A stretch of 32,000 bases of DNA from Wallemia ichthyophaga EXF-994 (GCF_000400465.1 NW_008806293.1:152601-184600), one strand, 5' to 3'; shown: positions 18,752 to 30,986, counted from the stretch's first letter. The notes: a model not told the origin generated them from the sequence alone. Translations and numbers: made by a program.

Positions 18752-21700
18752 ATGTTAAAGCCAAAGATAAGCCGGAGTGGGGAATTATCTCAATAGCATT
18801 GAGCCCTCTAATAATATAAATTAGCCAGATTGCGTCGCTATCAACACACGATACACAGGAATCAAGTCGGTGTGCAGCTACTCACACCATCTCTTCGTAA
18901 ACAACTCTATCCGCGGGATCTGCAGGGTCCTGACAGTGCTACCATAAATATCGCGTTGGAACATTTACAAAAGCACGATCTCGGTGGCACTGGATCCACT
19001 CTCCCACCCACCACCTTCACTCTCCCGCCCCTCCAAGGACCCGATATAGACAATCACTTCTACAGAATTGGCAGTGAGGCTGCACAACCGTATCTTTCTC
19101 TTTCGCGGACTTTCTCCGCCTCGAATCTCCCCCCGTACCCAGATTCTTGGGTCACTGATACCCCCGGCTGGACTGTATACGATGCAGACGGCAGCTACAA
19201 ATCTATCCAAAATGGTCCCAGCGGTGAGTCTATGCTCGTGTTTGACGTGGAGACCCTTCCCCATCTATCCCAGCACGCTGTGATGGCGGTAGCCGCCTCA
19301 CCCACACACTGGTACTCGTGGATATCGCCCTATTTAACCGGGCATTCGGAGACCACTGAGCATTTTATACCACTCGGAGAGAGCCACAAGAGTTACGATC
19401 GTGATGGCCACGGGAGACCTGCAAGACCTCGGATCATTATCGGCCACAATGTCGGATTCGATAGAGCACGACTTGGTTCAGAGTACTCCCTTCATCTCTC
19501 TTCTAACCGTTTCATCGATACTATGTCGCTGCACGTCGCTGTGCGCGGCATGTCCAGTCCACAGCGCCCAGCGTGGATCGCCCACCAGCGCGACAAAAAG
19601 ACAGAACGCGATCATGCACGCGAAGCAAGCCAGTCGATCAAGAACATTCTCGCAGAGCGCGACGATCCTGAGCTGCTACTGTCTCTGATGCGATACGAGC
19701 GAGAAGAGCGAGAAGCGCAGGAAGCACTCGACCGCGCTTTTGAGATGGGTGAGATGGGTGGTAACAGTAGTAGTGGCAGTGGCGAAAGCGAAAGCACCAC
19801 CACAGACACCCCCGACGACCACAAACTGTGGCAGGACATAGCCTCCTCCAACTCGCTCAGCAACGTATACGAACTCTACCATCCCCGCAGACAGCCTCTA
19901 GAGAAGGAAGTGCGGGGGTATTTCACTGATCCATCGAGCAACGCGCATACGCTGAGACACGAATTGCAGCATCTCATGCATTACTGCGCCGTAGACGTTC
20001 AGGCGACGCACGACGTATACAGCAAGGTCCTTCCACTATTCCTCGACCGCTGCCCACATCCCGTCAGCTTTGCGGGTATGCTCGGCATGGGCAACTCTTT
20101 CCTGCCTATTGACACCTCGTGGCGGGAGTACCTGCGCAAAGCGGAAGGTAAGTACAGGGAGCTGTCGGAAAATGTTCAGACCAGCTTAGGGGAACTGGCT
20201 CAATTTGCCCGTGGGAAAATGGACGATGAGTCGTGGAGAGATGATGTGTGGCTCGCGCAGCTCGATTGGACACCAAAACGTACAAGGGGCGTGAGACGCG
20301 GGAGTGGGAGCGGGAGTAGGAGAGAAACAGTCTCGACGTACATACCCTCTTGGCTCGCTAAACTTCTCTCGACACGCACAGCATCCTTCGTCAGCTCACC
20401 CACTCTCAAATCTACCCTGTTGCCCTACTTGCTACAAATCAAGTACCTGGGTCATCCCGTTGTGTTCACGACAACTCTCGGCTGGGCAGCGAGAGTGAGA
20501 CGGAGTAGTACTACAAAGGGTGAAGAACAAAAAAGCATCCCGCTCAAGGAAGGAGATGTGAGGTATGACGAGTTGCAGAACTACTACTTTCTTCCACTCC
20601 CAGGTTTAGCCACGGGTAGTTTAATAAGCAGACTGCTCCTGCGACTCGTGAAAGATGGCAGCCTCACTAGCATTCTCAAACAAGAGGATCTGCTCAAGGT
20701 GTTTGAGGGGTATGAAATGGCCTCTGACTATCTAATCAGTAAAGTGGCTTTGGATAGCTACTTGAATTCTTCCCCAGACTCCACTGAATCCCCTGAACCA
20801 TCATACTCGCCCACCTACGCACAGCTCAAGGAACTTGATTGGACACCTGCCAAATTAACTCCACTTATGAATAAGAAGCTGCTTGAGGCTGCTGAGCGCA
20901 CAGGCGTGTCTTTGGACCAGACATTCTTACAATCTGCCAACGCACTTAAAGCACCAGCTGCTGCATCCGCCGCACAACCACAGATGCAACCGAAGTGGTA
21001 CTGGGATCTGGAAGGGAAGTTAAAGCGGGAAGAAGGTGAAGAGGAAGGAGGAGGAGAAAAGAAAGGGAAAGTACAAGTCTCTACACGCAGTAAATTATCC
21101 CCCATTCTACTCAAACTACGCTGGCTCGACTATCCAGTTTTCCACTCACGCAAACATGGCTATGTATACAGAGTGCCTCGTGCAGATATCTCCACTGGTA
21201 AACACACCACCCGCCAGCCCACATTATCCTTCAAACATCCCGCCGATGACCACCTCGCTGGGATGGAGAGCGATTTCGCCTTCTATAAGATACCACATAA
21301 AGACGGCGAGGAGCACAACGTCGGTAATCTTCTCTCTAAAGGCTTCATACATGCTTTGGAGTCAGGGATGCTGAGCAGTGAGGACGACACGGCTCATGCG
21401 GCCATGTCACTCAATGCCCAGTGCAGCTATTGGATTAGTGCAAGGGAGAGAGTTATCAAGCAGTTTGCTGTTTTTGATGGAACGAGTGGGTTAGATATGG
21501 GAATGAAAGATGGCGTGGAAGGTGGTGTGCAAAATGGTGTACAAAGCGTCAATTTCAATGAAAGCACTCGAGAAACTACCTACCCTCACAAACGCGGCAT
21601 GATCCTTCCAGAAGTTATCACCATGGGCACCATCACTCGCCGAGCAATTGAAAAAACCTGGCTTACTGCATCTAACGCCAAGAAAAATAGAGTCGGTAGT

Positions 21701-22974
21701 GAACTTAAATCTATGGTTAAGGCGCCTCCTGGATATGCCTTTGTTGGAGCAGATGTTGACTCGGAGGAGCTTTGGATTTGTTCAACCCTCGGTGACGCTC
21801 AGTTTGGTGTACAGGGTGCCACTTCTATCGGATGGATGACACTGGAAGGTACTAAAAATGCCGGTACTGATCTGCACTCCGTCTCAGCCAAAATTCTTGG
21901 TATCTCCAGAGACCAAGCCAAGGTATGTTGGGTGTTTAACTAAATTTTTGCACACTTACATCCACGCAGGTCTTCAACTATTCACGTATATACGGCGCTG
22001 GTGTGAAGCATGCAGTCCAACTGCTCCTAAAATCAAACCCATCAATGAGCGAAGCAGAAGCCAAGCAACGAGCGACAGATCTCTACGCTGCAACAAAAGG
22101 TATGACCATGAAAGAGGCATTCGGGAGAAAGTTTTGGTTTGGCGGAACTGAATCATACGTCTTCAATAAACTCGAAGAAATTGCACTGAGTGACAGACCG
22201 CGTACACCTACGCTTGGGTGCGAGATCACAGCTGCACTCGCAAAGAAACATCTTCCCTCCTCTGGCAGCAATTTCATGACGAGCAGGGTGAATTGGGTGG
22301 TACAGAGCAGTGGAGTTGATTACCTCCACATGCTCATCGTTTCCATGGATCATCTCATTAACAAGTACAAGTTGAATGCGAGGTACTTGATATCGGTGCA
22401 TGACGAGATACGCTTTTTGGTTGAGGAGAAGGATAAACATAGACTGGCACTGGCTCTGCAGATATCCAATCTATGGACGCGAGCCATGTTCACATACAAG
22501 TTGGGGATGGACGATCTACCCATGTCAGTTGCATTCTTCTCTGGTGTAGATGTCGACCATGTGTTCAGGAAGGAGGTTGACATGGACTGTGTCACTCCGT
22601 CAAACCTTACACCTATAGAACCTGGCGAGTGTCTCGACATTGAATCCATCCTTTCGCTTACTAGTGGATCGCTCATGGAGGACGGATCTCCGATGGAAGA
22701 AGTCCCACCGCTTCATGTGCCCGCGTTAGATGGTCACTTACACATTGAAAACCATCGCCCGCTCACCACTCATTTCCTCAAAGCACAGTCGGCAGATTCT
22801 GTCTCGCAGATACGCATGCTCGAGAAGCGGGCCAAGGCTACTGCATCTGATGAAATTTTGCAAAACACACACACATCGCATGACATACCCGTATCTAAAA
22901 AAACGCCGTCCGCGCAACACAAGAAGACCCCCGTAAGGAAAGTAAACGTCGTGCGTAAGCTGAGTAAACCTTGA
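18752..22974 (+). CDS. MIP1: Mitochondrial DNA polymerase gamma; introns 18777-18824 (tentative) and 21923-21969
   Basis: Exonuclease motifs LVFDVET, IGHNVGFDRAR and YCAVDV; polymerase motifs VGADVDSEELW, AK|VFNYSRIYGAG and ISVHDEIRF. Confidence 0.95.
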
Positions 22975-23077
22975 GTATGTTAAGATTATTATTTGTTTAG
23001 TTTTGTGTATTTTGTAAATTATAAGCAATTGCATTAATTGGGATTTAAAATATCTATATGTTACTCCACTGCTCCGC

Positions 23078-24172
23078 CTACAGCTGAATCACAGTCTTTC
23101 CGTGCTTGTCACCTCTAAGCAAGTCCAAGAATGCCTGTGAAGTTGCTTCGATGCCGTTGTAGACGTGATTTTTGACGTCCAGCTTACCCTCCTTTATCAT
23201 GGAAGGTATGGTAGCCATGAATTCTTCTTCGATTGTGTTGTACTTTGATTCATGAAATGGCTTCTGTGGAATCAACTCGAAAGTGATAAACCCTTGGAAT
23301 GATAGGCGCTTTGCAACGATTTGGAAGGTGTTTTTGATACCATACGCCTCAGCACCGGAGTTGTAAGTTGCAATTTGACCGCAGCACTAATGGGAATGAG
23401 CCTGTGATCATTTGAGTGGAGATCAACCTACAATTACGCGTCCGTAGACATTGATTTGGTCCAAAACATCTTCCAACATCTTCCCACCAACGTTGTCGTA
23501 GAATATGTCGCATCCGAATGCAGCCAATTCCTTTCGAGTATCGCTCGTCTTGTAGTTAAAAGCGCGGTCGACACCGAGTGTCTTCTCGCAATAATCGACC
23601 TTCTCGTCGCTACCTACAGCAGCCAACACCTTTAAACCATCCATCTTGCACAGCTGGCATAACATTTGTCCAATGCCGCCTGAAGCTGCGCTGATAAAGA
23701 TCTTCTCACCAGCCTTACCCCTTACAAGCTGCTTATAGCTGTAGTAAGCTGTTTTTCCCGGCAAGCCACATGCACCAATCAGGGTTTCGTTTGGAAGTTC
23801 AGCGTCGGTGATATCCGTATAGAAGGCATTCGAGGCTTCAGTAACGAGTGCGTATTCGGAAAAAGGTAGAGTGAAGCCAGCGTAATATTTTCTATCTACT
23901 TTGAAATGCGCGTTGTTGCTCTTCAGGACAATGACGACACCGCCATTGTCGATTGGCTCTCCGAGGGTGAATGGCGGCACGTAGGTTTCAATGCTGGGAT
24001 CCCTCATCCTGCTCCTCATATACGGATCGAGGCTGAGCATTTCTACCTTGAGAATAGCCTCCCCAGGAGCGAGTTGACGGTCGAGGTCGAATTGCTGAGT
24101 GACGATCTTTAGCGAATCGACTGGCTCGTGATTTGGGATAGAATCAAATAAAACTGTCTTATTGGAGACCAT
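23078..24172 (-). CDS. NADP-dependent MDR oxidoreductase (prostaglandin reductase/2-alkenal reductase-like), copy A; intron 23387-23431
   Basis: Motifs SLDPYMRSRM, GACGLPGKTAY, FISAASGGIG, DIFYDNVGG, CGQIATYN and GDKHGKTVI. Confidence 0.9.
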
Positions 24173-24359
24173 GTTGTTTGAAACTAAGGGAGAAGACAGA
24201 GTGACGTAATTCACCGAACACGCTTATAAATACGTGCCCTTTCAAACACATTACAAATCATGGCAAAATCAGCGTCAAAACGACGCAATCAGGCAAATGC
24301 CGCGACATACACGTCGATACTCGTGGATAAGACATAATGGTTGGCAGTGACAAGTGATG

Positions 24360-24369
24360 TAACCGGTTA
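24360..24369. promoter_or_regulatory. Perfect palindrome TAACCGGTTA near the centre of the divergent promoter shared by the two oxidoreductase paralogues
   Basis: A 10-bp self-complementary site containing CCG/CGG half-sites, with a further CCGG at 24373. Its function is inferred only. Confidence 0.3.
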
Positions 24370-24587
24370 TATCCGGCTGTGGAAATTGAGACCAAATGCC
24401 TTCACACGCATAAAATACCATACAGGGAATCATGCGGCGTACGAGGCGAAAATTAATAATCTTGAGATAATTTTACACATTTATAAGCAGATGAATTAAT
24501 AATCTTCGTGAAACTACTGTGGAGGCGAACAGGGCTATAAAATGCGCGACCAGTATCACACGAACAACCAACATTAAACTTTCAGAA

Positions 24588-25746
24588 ATGGTACAAAACA
24601 AGTCTGTAATCTTCAACGAAATTCCACACGGTGAACCAAAGTTGGACCAAACACTTAAAGTCAAGAGTGATGAGTTCGATACACAACAGGACATCGCAGA
24701 CGGTTCCGTAATGCTCAAGGTCATCACCCTCTCCATCGACCCTTACCAAAGAGGTAGAATGCGTGCACCAGACAGCGAATCATACGTCCCTCCATTCTAC
24801 GTCGGCCAACCAATTCAAAACCACGGTGTCGCCCGTGTTCTTAAGTCCAAGAACGCTGCTTTCAAGGAAGGTGCTCTTGTTTATGGTGGTTTGCCATTCT
24901 CAGAGTACATGGTTCTCAATGAACAATTCGCCCAAGGCCTAAAGGACGTCAGCGACAGCGGCATTGCTCCAGAAACCCTCGTTGGTGCTTGCGGTATGCC
25001 AGGCAGAACCGCTTACATGTCCTTCTATCACGTTGGTCAGCCTAAGGCAGGTCAAAGCATCTACGTCAGTGCTGGTGCTGGTGCTGTCGGTGCTTTGGTT
25101 ATCCAATACGCAAAGAAGACTGGTTTGAAGGTTGGTAATCTATTACTCTGTTGGATTGACAGTCTAACTCGTACGAAAAGGTCATCGCTAGTGCTGGTTC
25201 AGCTGAAAAGGTTGAATTATGTCGCCAAGTCGGTGCAGACGCTGCCTTCAACTACAAAGAGTCAAGCACAAAGGAGGAAATCAAGAAGTTCGGCGGTATC
25301 GACATTTTCTACGACAATGTTGGTGGTAAAATGCTTGATGGTGAGTGCTTTAGGAGGAAAATTTTGACCATATTCTAACTACAATCCCCACAGATGTCCT
25401 CGAAGTTATTAACCCAGATGGTCTTGTCATCATGTGCGGTGCCATTAGTCAATACAACAGCGCAGGTGAAATGTACGGTCTCAAGAATACCGTTCAACTC
25501 GTATTCAAGAGATTGACCACGAAGGGCTTCATCGTTTTCTATCTCCACGACAAGCCAAGCAGCCACCCAGACTTTTCAGGTAAGACTCTTGACGATGAGT
25601 TCACTGCAATCGTTCCAAAACTCGTCAAGGAAGGCTCAATCAAGATCAAGGAGCACGTTTACAACGGTATTGAGAAAGCACCAGAAGCCTTTATTGACAT
25701 GCTCAGCGGCAAGAACGTCGGTAAGGTTGTTGTCAAGCTTGAGTAA
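24588..25746 (+). CDS. NADP-dependent MDR oxidoreductase (prostaglandin reductase/2-alkenal reductase-like), copy B; introns 25131-25180 and 25341-25393
   Basis: Motifs SIDPYQRGRM, GACGMPGRTAY, YVSAGAGAVG, DIFYDNVGG, MCGAISQYN and GKNVGKVVV. Confidence 0.92.
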
Positions 25747-25950
25747 GCGCTTTAGTCATCTATACTTTAAACACGCACTGCTATTTAATTCTTGTATCAT
25801 TTAACGTCAAAATTCGATCAAAGCATTTTCTTGAATGATTTGTTGTGATTTGTATTTGTTTGTAATTGCTTATTGCTACTAGGAATCACGCTGCCTTCCT
25901 CTTCCTACTTAACGATCTGCAGACTGATAGCAGCCGTTGTGGCGCTGAAA

Positions 25951-27124
25951 ATGGGGAGAGCATCCAAGATTATATCCGCCGGCAGCCTTGAATTCACTAC
26001 GACGTGCACAACTTCGTCATACCCAAAAGAAGGCGCCAAAGTTAAAAGCAAATCGCAGCACAGCAGCGTGCAAGGGGCTTCAACTGTTCTAAATGCTCTT
26101 TCTAGCTTACCGAATACTGAGTGTTATATGTACTCGCAGCTTGGGCGAGATTTGACCAGCAACTGCGTCAAAGCCCAGCTCGCTGAGGAGGGGATTTCAA
26201 CCGAGTACATCTACAAATCAGACTCTGCGGCTATTCCTGTGGGTGAATTTGAGTGGTCGCTATATAAGTTCGTCTAACGCGTCTCGCAGCACACTTTCGT
26301 TATCAACAACACCTCCAACAATACGAAAACAAGGCTCAACCACTCGAGCGGCGCCGGATCCAGCTCTCTACCGCCGCTGGAGTATTTTGATAGAGTCTTA
26401 CAACAATTCAATTTCGACTGGATACACTTCGACGGCCAGACAACAACGAATCTGTATGAGACAATCAAGCATCTGCGAAAGGGTAAAGGTGAAGGCGTCG
26501 ACGATATGGGACTCCCAAGATACAAGAACACACTCATATCAATCAGTTGTTTCAACAAGTTGAAGCCAGACATGGTGGACTGTCTTCCATTTGCGGATTT
26601 TGTCTTTTTCAACAAGGAATTTGTAAATGTGAGTGTTTACTGGTGTGTTGAATTATCTCTAACGCTTCACTCAGAAAAGCGGATTTGACGATGCGAGGAC
26701 TTTTCTCCTCTTCATGTCGCTGAGGGTCTCACCTAGAGCAACTATTTACTGCATTTGGGATGAGAGGACGTCTTTCATGCTTTCGCTAAAGTCTTCGGAG
26801 TATATCAAGAGCGAGAATACACGTCGACCTCTTGCACCTTCTTCTCGCTCGAAATCATACTCTAACTCAAATTACATCGATGAAGCGTTTGTTGCAGGTG
26901 CAATATACGCCACACTAGCGCGAGCTACCTCAATTAACGGCAATTTCAATGGCAAACTGGACAACCAGAAGGTGTTGCAGTTTGCAACTGACATGATGGG
27001 TCTGAAGGGCGCGGGAGTGCCTTTACAGGACATTGGAGGGATTCTTATCAGAGAAGGATGGTTTACTGATATCAGTGGAGGTGTTCAGAGTCTTGAGCGT
27101 ACTAAGAGCACTGAAAGCTCTTAA
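25951..27124 (+). CDS. Ketohexokinase-like PfkB/ribokinase-fold protein with degenerate catalytic motifs; introns 26239-26289 and 26629-26674
   Basis: KHK-like segments SSYPKEGAKVK, FDWIHFDGQ, ADFVFFNKEF, ATIYCIWDE and AFVAGAIY appear in the expected order. The DTxGAGD motif is replaced by NSNYIDE. Confidence 0.72.
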
Positions 27125-27260
27125 AGGGTATTCGGAGGACAAATACCAGCACTACTCAACCCCACCAAGATCCACTCACGCATCATATATCCACTAGCAT
27201 TAAATAACATGCATGTCTTTATGTATACCTTTATTCGGATTCGTATTCGTACAAAAGGAC

Positions 27261-28108
27261 TCAACGACCCATCCATCCACCATCGACAGTAAGCATCTCC
27301 CCACTGAGATACTTGGATGCCTCACTTGCGAGGAATATCACTGGGCCGACAAAGTCAGCAGGCTCACCCCATCTACTAGCAGGAATGCGCTCATTCAGCT
27401 GTCTCAATCTGTTTGGATCAGCGAGCAACTTCTCATTCATATCGGTAGCAACGTAACCTGGCGCGATAGCGTTGACATTGACATTCTCCTTACTCCATTC
27501 GTTTGAAAGTGCCTTGGTAAGCTGACCGACTGCACCTTTAGCAGATGCATAAGCTGGGACAGTGAATCCACCTTGGAATGACAATAGTGAGCCAAAGTTG
27601 ATTATTTTTCCGTGTCTTCTGGGTACCATGTGTCTTCCTGCTGCCTGAGACAACAACCAAACAGATTTCAAATTAACGTTGATTACGTCGTCCCAGTCTG
27701 ATTCGCTGAACTCTGTGCTTGGCGAGCGTCTTTGTATACCACCGCAGTTAATCAGAACATCAATGTGTCCACCGTCTGCCACTCTAACGGCCTTATCGAA
27801 CACACCCTTAACAGCATCCATATCGGATAAATCTGCGATGACTATATCAGCCTTACTGCCGGCCTGTGTGATTTGATCTTTTGTTGCTGTGTTGGAGGTG
27901 TCTCTCTGCACGAGAATGACATGCTTAGCGCCAGCCTTTGCAAGTCCAATAGCGCAAGCCTGGCCAATACCACGGGTAGCACCGCTGCGAGTGTGTGAGA
28001 GCTGTCAGTAAGTGTAGCATATACATACGTGATTAAAACATTCTGACCTTGCAGTCCAAACAATGCGCTTGGGTTTGATGCGTTTTGTGTTTTGGAAAGG
28101 GAAGACAT
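27261..28108 (-). CDS. Short-chain dehydrogenase, KduD / gluconate 5-dehydrogenase-like; intron 27985-28028
   Basis: Spliced TGATRGIG cofactor motif, LINCGGIQRR, NFGSLLSFQGG, catalytic YASAK, NEWS..VNVNAIAPGY, and the C-terminal VDGGWMGR typical of KduD. Confidence 0.9.
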
Positions 28109-28214
28109 TTTTATACTTTTGGTTGTAGTCAAATAAGTTGCAATGCGTGGATGCTAATTATGAATTAAAAATACAATCCCGATTTTATCTGCTCAAACGC
28201 TCAACGATGACATC

Positions 28215-28245
28215 ACTCCGTTCGGATCGCTAACCGGAGCGGAGT
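28215..28245. promoter_or_regulatory. Imperfect inverted repeat with multiple CGG/CCG triplets in the 198-bp bidirectional promoter between the SDR and the 2-hydroxyacid dehydrogenase
   Basis: ACTCCGTTCGG-ATCGCTAA-CCGGAGCGGAGT. CGG triplets are the established half-site of Zn(II)2Cys6 regulators. Confidence 0.4.
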
Positions 28246-28306
28246 TTATCGCGATTATAAGAAGAAGCGATCGGCTTTGTCCACTGCTACAAAATTACAC
28301 AAAACC

Positions 28307-29390
28307 ATGTCCAAAGTAAGCTTACAGTAATACTGCCACTACCAAACCCACTAATAATTGCAGATTCTTATCAGCGGTACCATCGTATGGGCACATAGCG
28401 AAATTGAGCAGCTCAAGCAGTTCGGCGAGGTCGTGCAGCTCACTTCAACCTCACGCCAGCAGTTTTACGAGGACCTTCAAACCAAGTACGCCAACACTGT
28501 CGCAATCTATAGACACAACGATAGCGCAGGCAAGATTGGCGTGTACGACAAGGAGCTTATTGACAAACTTCCTTCGACCGTTAAATTCATCTGCCACAAC
28601 GGCGCTGGGTATGATCAGATAGATGTTGCTGCTGCCACCGCTAGAGGTGAGTTGCTTTGATGGCAATATCTCAGTGCAAATAAATTAACACACCACAGGC
28701 ATTCAAGTCTCGCACACACCAGCTGCAGTCGACGACGCAACAGCCACTACAGCCATGTTCTTGATAGTATCTTCATTACGTCAGTACTGGAAGGCAGAAG
28801 TGAATGCGAGAAACGGCGTTTTCAAGCAGGGTTTGAAGCCTGCGTCGGATCCTGAGGGAAAGACGTTAGGCATTATTGGTATGGGTGGTATTGGCGGGGC
28901 TGTCGCACGCAGAGCGCTCGGTTTCGATATGAAGATCAAGTACCATAACAGGAGGGAGATTCAGCCGCGCCCAAGCTTCCCCTGCGAGTATGTCAGCACG
29001 ATGGATGAGCTCCTGGCCACCTCAGACGTCGTCTCGCTCAACCTCCCACTTAACGAAAAGACGGTAAATTCATTCGGCAAAGATCAATTCAGCAAGATGA
29101 AGGATGGCGCCGTTCTCATAAACACGGCTAGAGGGGGTGTCGTGGAGCAGGAAGCCTTCATTGACGCTCTCAAATCTGGCAAGCTCTCGTCGGCGGGTCT
29201 CGACGTCTACCCAGAAGAGCCAAAGATCGACCAGCGACTGATCGACATGCCCAATATCACCCTCCTCCCGCACATGGGCACTGAGACCCGCGAGACGCAG
29301 CACAAGATGGAAGTCTTGGTCATCGACAACATCAAGAGCGCCATCTCCTCCGGCAAGTTGCTCAACCAGGTGCACGAACAGAAGAACTAA
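28307..29390 (+). CDS. D-isomer-specific 2-hydroxyacid dehydrogenase (glyoxylate / 2-keto-aldonate reductase-like); introns 28316-28363 and 28647-28698
   Basis: Motifs HNGAGYDQIDV, SHTPAAVDDATA, GIIGMGGIG, INTARGGVV, GLDVYPEEP and LLPHMGT. Confidence 0.93.
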
Positions 29391-29460
29391 TGTAATATAT
29401 GCTGTATTGATGATTGTCCGTTTGCTTTTGTTTAGAATCATTTTAAGTATTGCTCCATCC

Positions 29461-30272
29461 TCACCTCCCCAAACGCTGTTCGACTTTACCGTATGCATAG
29501 AGTGCTTTTGTTAATGTGTACTGTTTAAGTGGGCCGCGCGAAAAGGGTAGGCGGAAAGCGTCGTGGTATATCTCACCAACCCTCAGCTGCCAGGGTGGAA
29601 ACCCGTTCATCTGCAGACTCCTACTGATGAATGATGGCTGGAGATGGTGCACTACGATAAGTTCCGGGTCGTCATGCTTGTACCATCTCTTCATCAGGCT
29701 GTCTGTGAATGCTATCCTCTGCGTATGCGTCTCAAACTCCTCCCTATGCACATCCTCTGCTACGGTGAAGAATCGATCTGATGCCTCGTCGCCGGACAGC
29801 ACCCTCACGGATATTCCCTTATTGAGTCTCCTCGGCGCTATCTTTGGTGTGGGTGGTGGAGAAAGGGGTGGAGTGTCTGCGACAAGATCGTCGTCCTGGA
29901 TATCGCTGTAATATTTTTTGAGAGTGCCTGCATATTGACACCGTTGTGAGCGTGGTAAGCGCTGGACAACAAACACCCACCTGTACTCTCATATATCATC
30001 AACTGCTGTACGCCCATCTTCTCACACCAGCTGGTCGCGTTACGTGCGCTATCGATGAGCCATTGCAGCTGCTTGTTGCGCCTCCATAGACCAGAGGATT
30101 CGTTCATAATCAGTATCACCGCTATCGACTTGGGTGGGTTGACGTTGTAGCTCCTCCGCCTCCTTAGCGACGCCTTGACACTCTTATATAGCTGAGTTAT
30201 GATATGCAATGCATGCAATAGCAGTAGCAGTCCTAACAGCGCTGCTCGCTTTATAATGGCGATCACCTGCAT
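29461..30272 (-). CDS. NUS1: Nus1/NgBR subunit of cis-prenyltransferase (dehydrodolichyl diphosphate synthase); intron 29928-29980
   Basis: N-terminal hydrophobic helix, PKSIAVIL, SWC..MGVQQLMIYEST|G, DPELIVV, GFPPWQLRVGEIY, and C-terminal EQRLGR (RxG motif). Confidence 0.88.
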
Positions 30273-30610
30273 GACTGTGTATGATGGAGAGATTGATCGT
30301 CAAAGATGCCGAATTTAGGGTAATGTTTTACAATATATAAGCCAACAAATTATCGAAACTCAGACGGATTCTTGAACTCCTCCGAGTCATTTATTAGCAT
30401 TCAGAGTCAGCGTGGCTTAACTCGTAGCTCAATCAATGAATAAGTTCTCAACCAGCAAATTGGCATTTTATACTTAAGTTTACTTGATCAGATCAGCTTT
30501 TGATCCGACGAAAAAGATTGACACCTATCAATCTTAAGCCCAGTTTAACAGTAATGTTCGAATTAAATCCACAAATAGGATAGTACAAGAGGTAATACAT
30601 AGGGATAACC

Positions 30611-30986
30611 TTAAATGGCAGAAATTGGAACACATCCCTAATAAAGAAATTAGACAATTTACCAGAATGTCTAAGACAATACACACCAAGTTGGCAAGGC
30701 CATTTTGAGTTTGGTCACTGCAGCAAGCAGCTGTAGTCTTGCATTGGTTAGAGATCGGAACACCGACGACTGCAGCAATTTGGTCACATTCGAGTCCGAC
30801 TTGACCAGCTAATTCATCGATACCGAGTAATCCGAGCGTACCAGTGTCGATGGAGGAGGCGTCCTTGACTTGGTTACAACACTTGACACTATCAGTAGAG
30901 CAGTCACCGGCTCTCATTTGCAGCTTGGCTGCGAGTGAAGCGGAGAAGAAAGCGGAGGCAGAAAGGGCGATCGCAGAGAATTGCAT
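30611..30986 (-). CDS. Class I hydrophobin, 108 aa; intron 30638-30686
   Basis: Signal peptide MQFSAIALSASAFFSASLA. Splicing yields the full 8-Cys pattern C-CC-C-C-CC-C, ending ...NGLANL|GCVPISAI. Confidence 0.92.
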
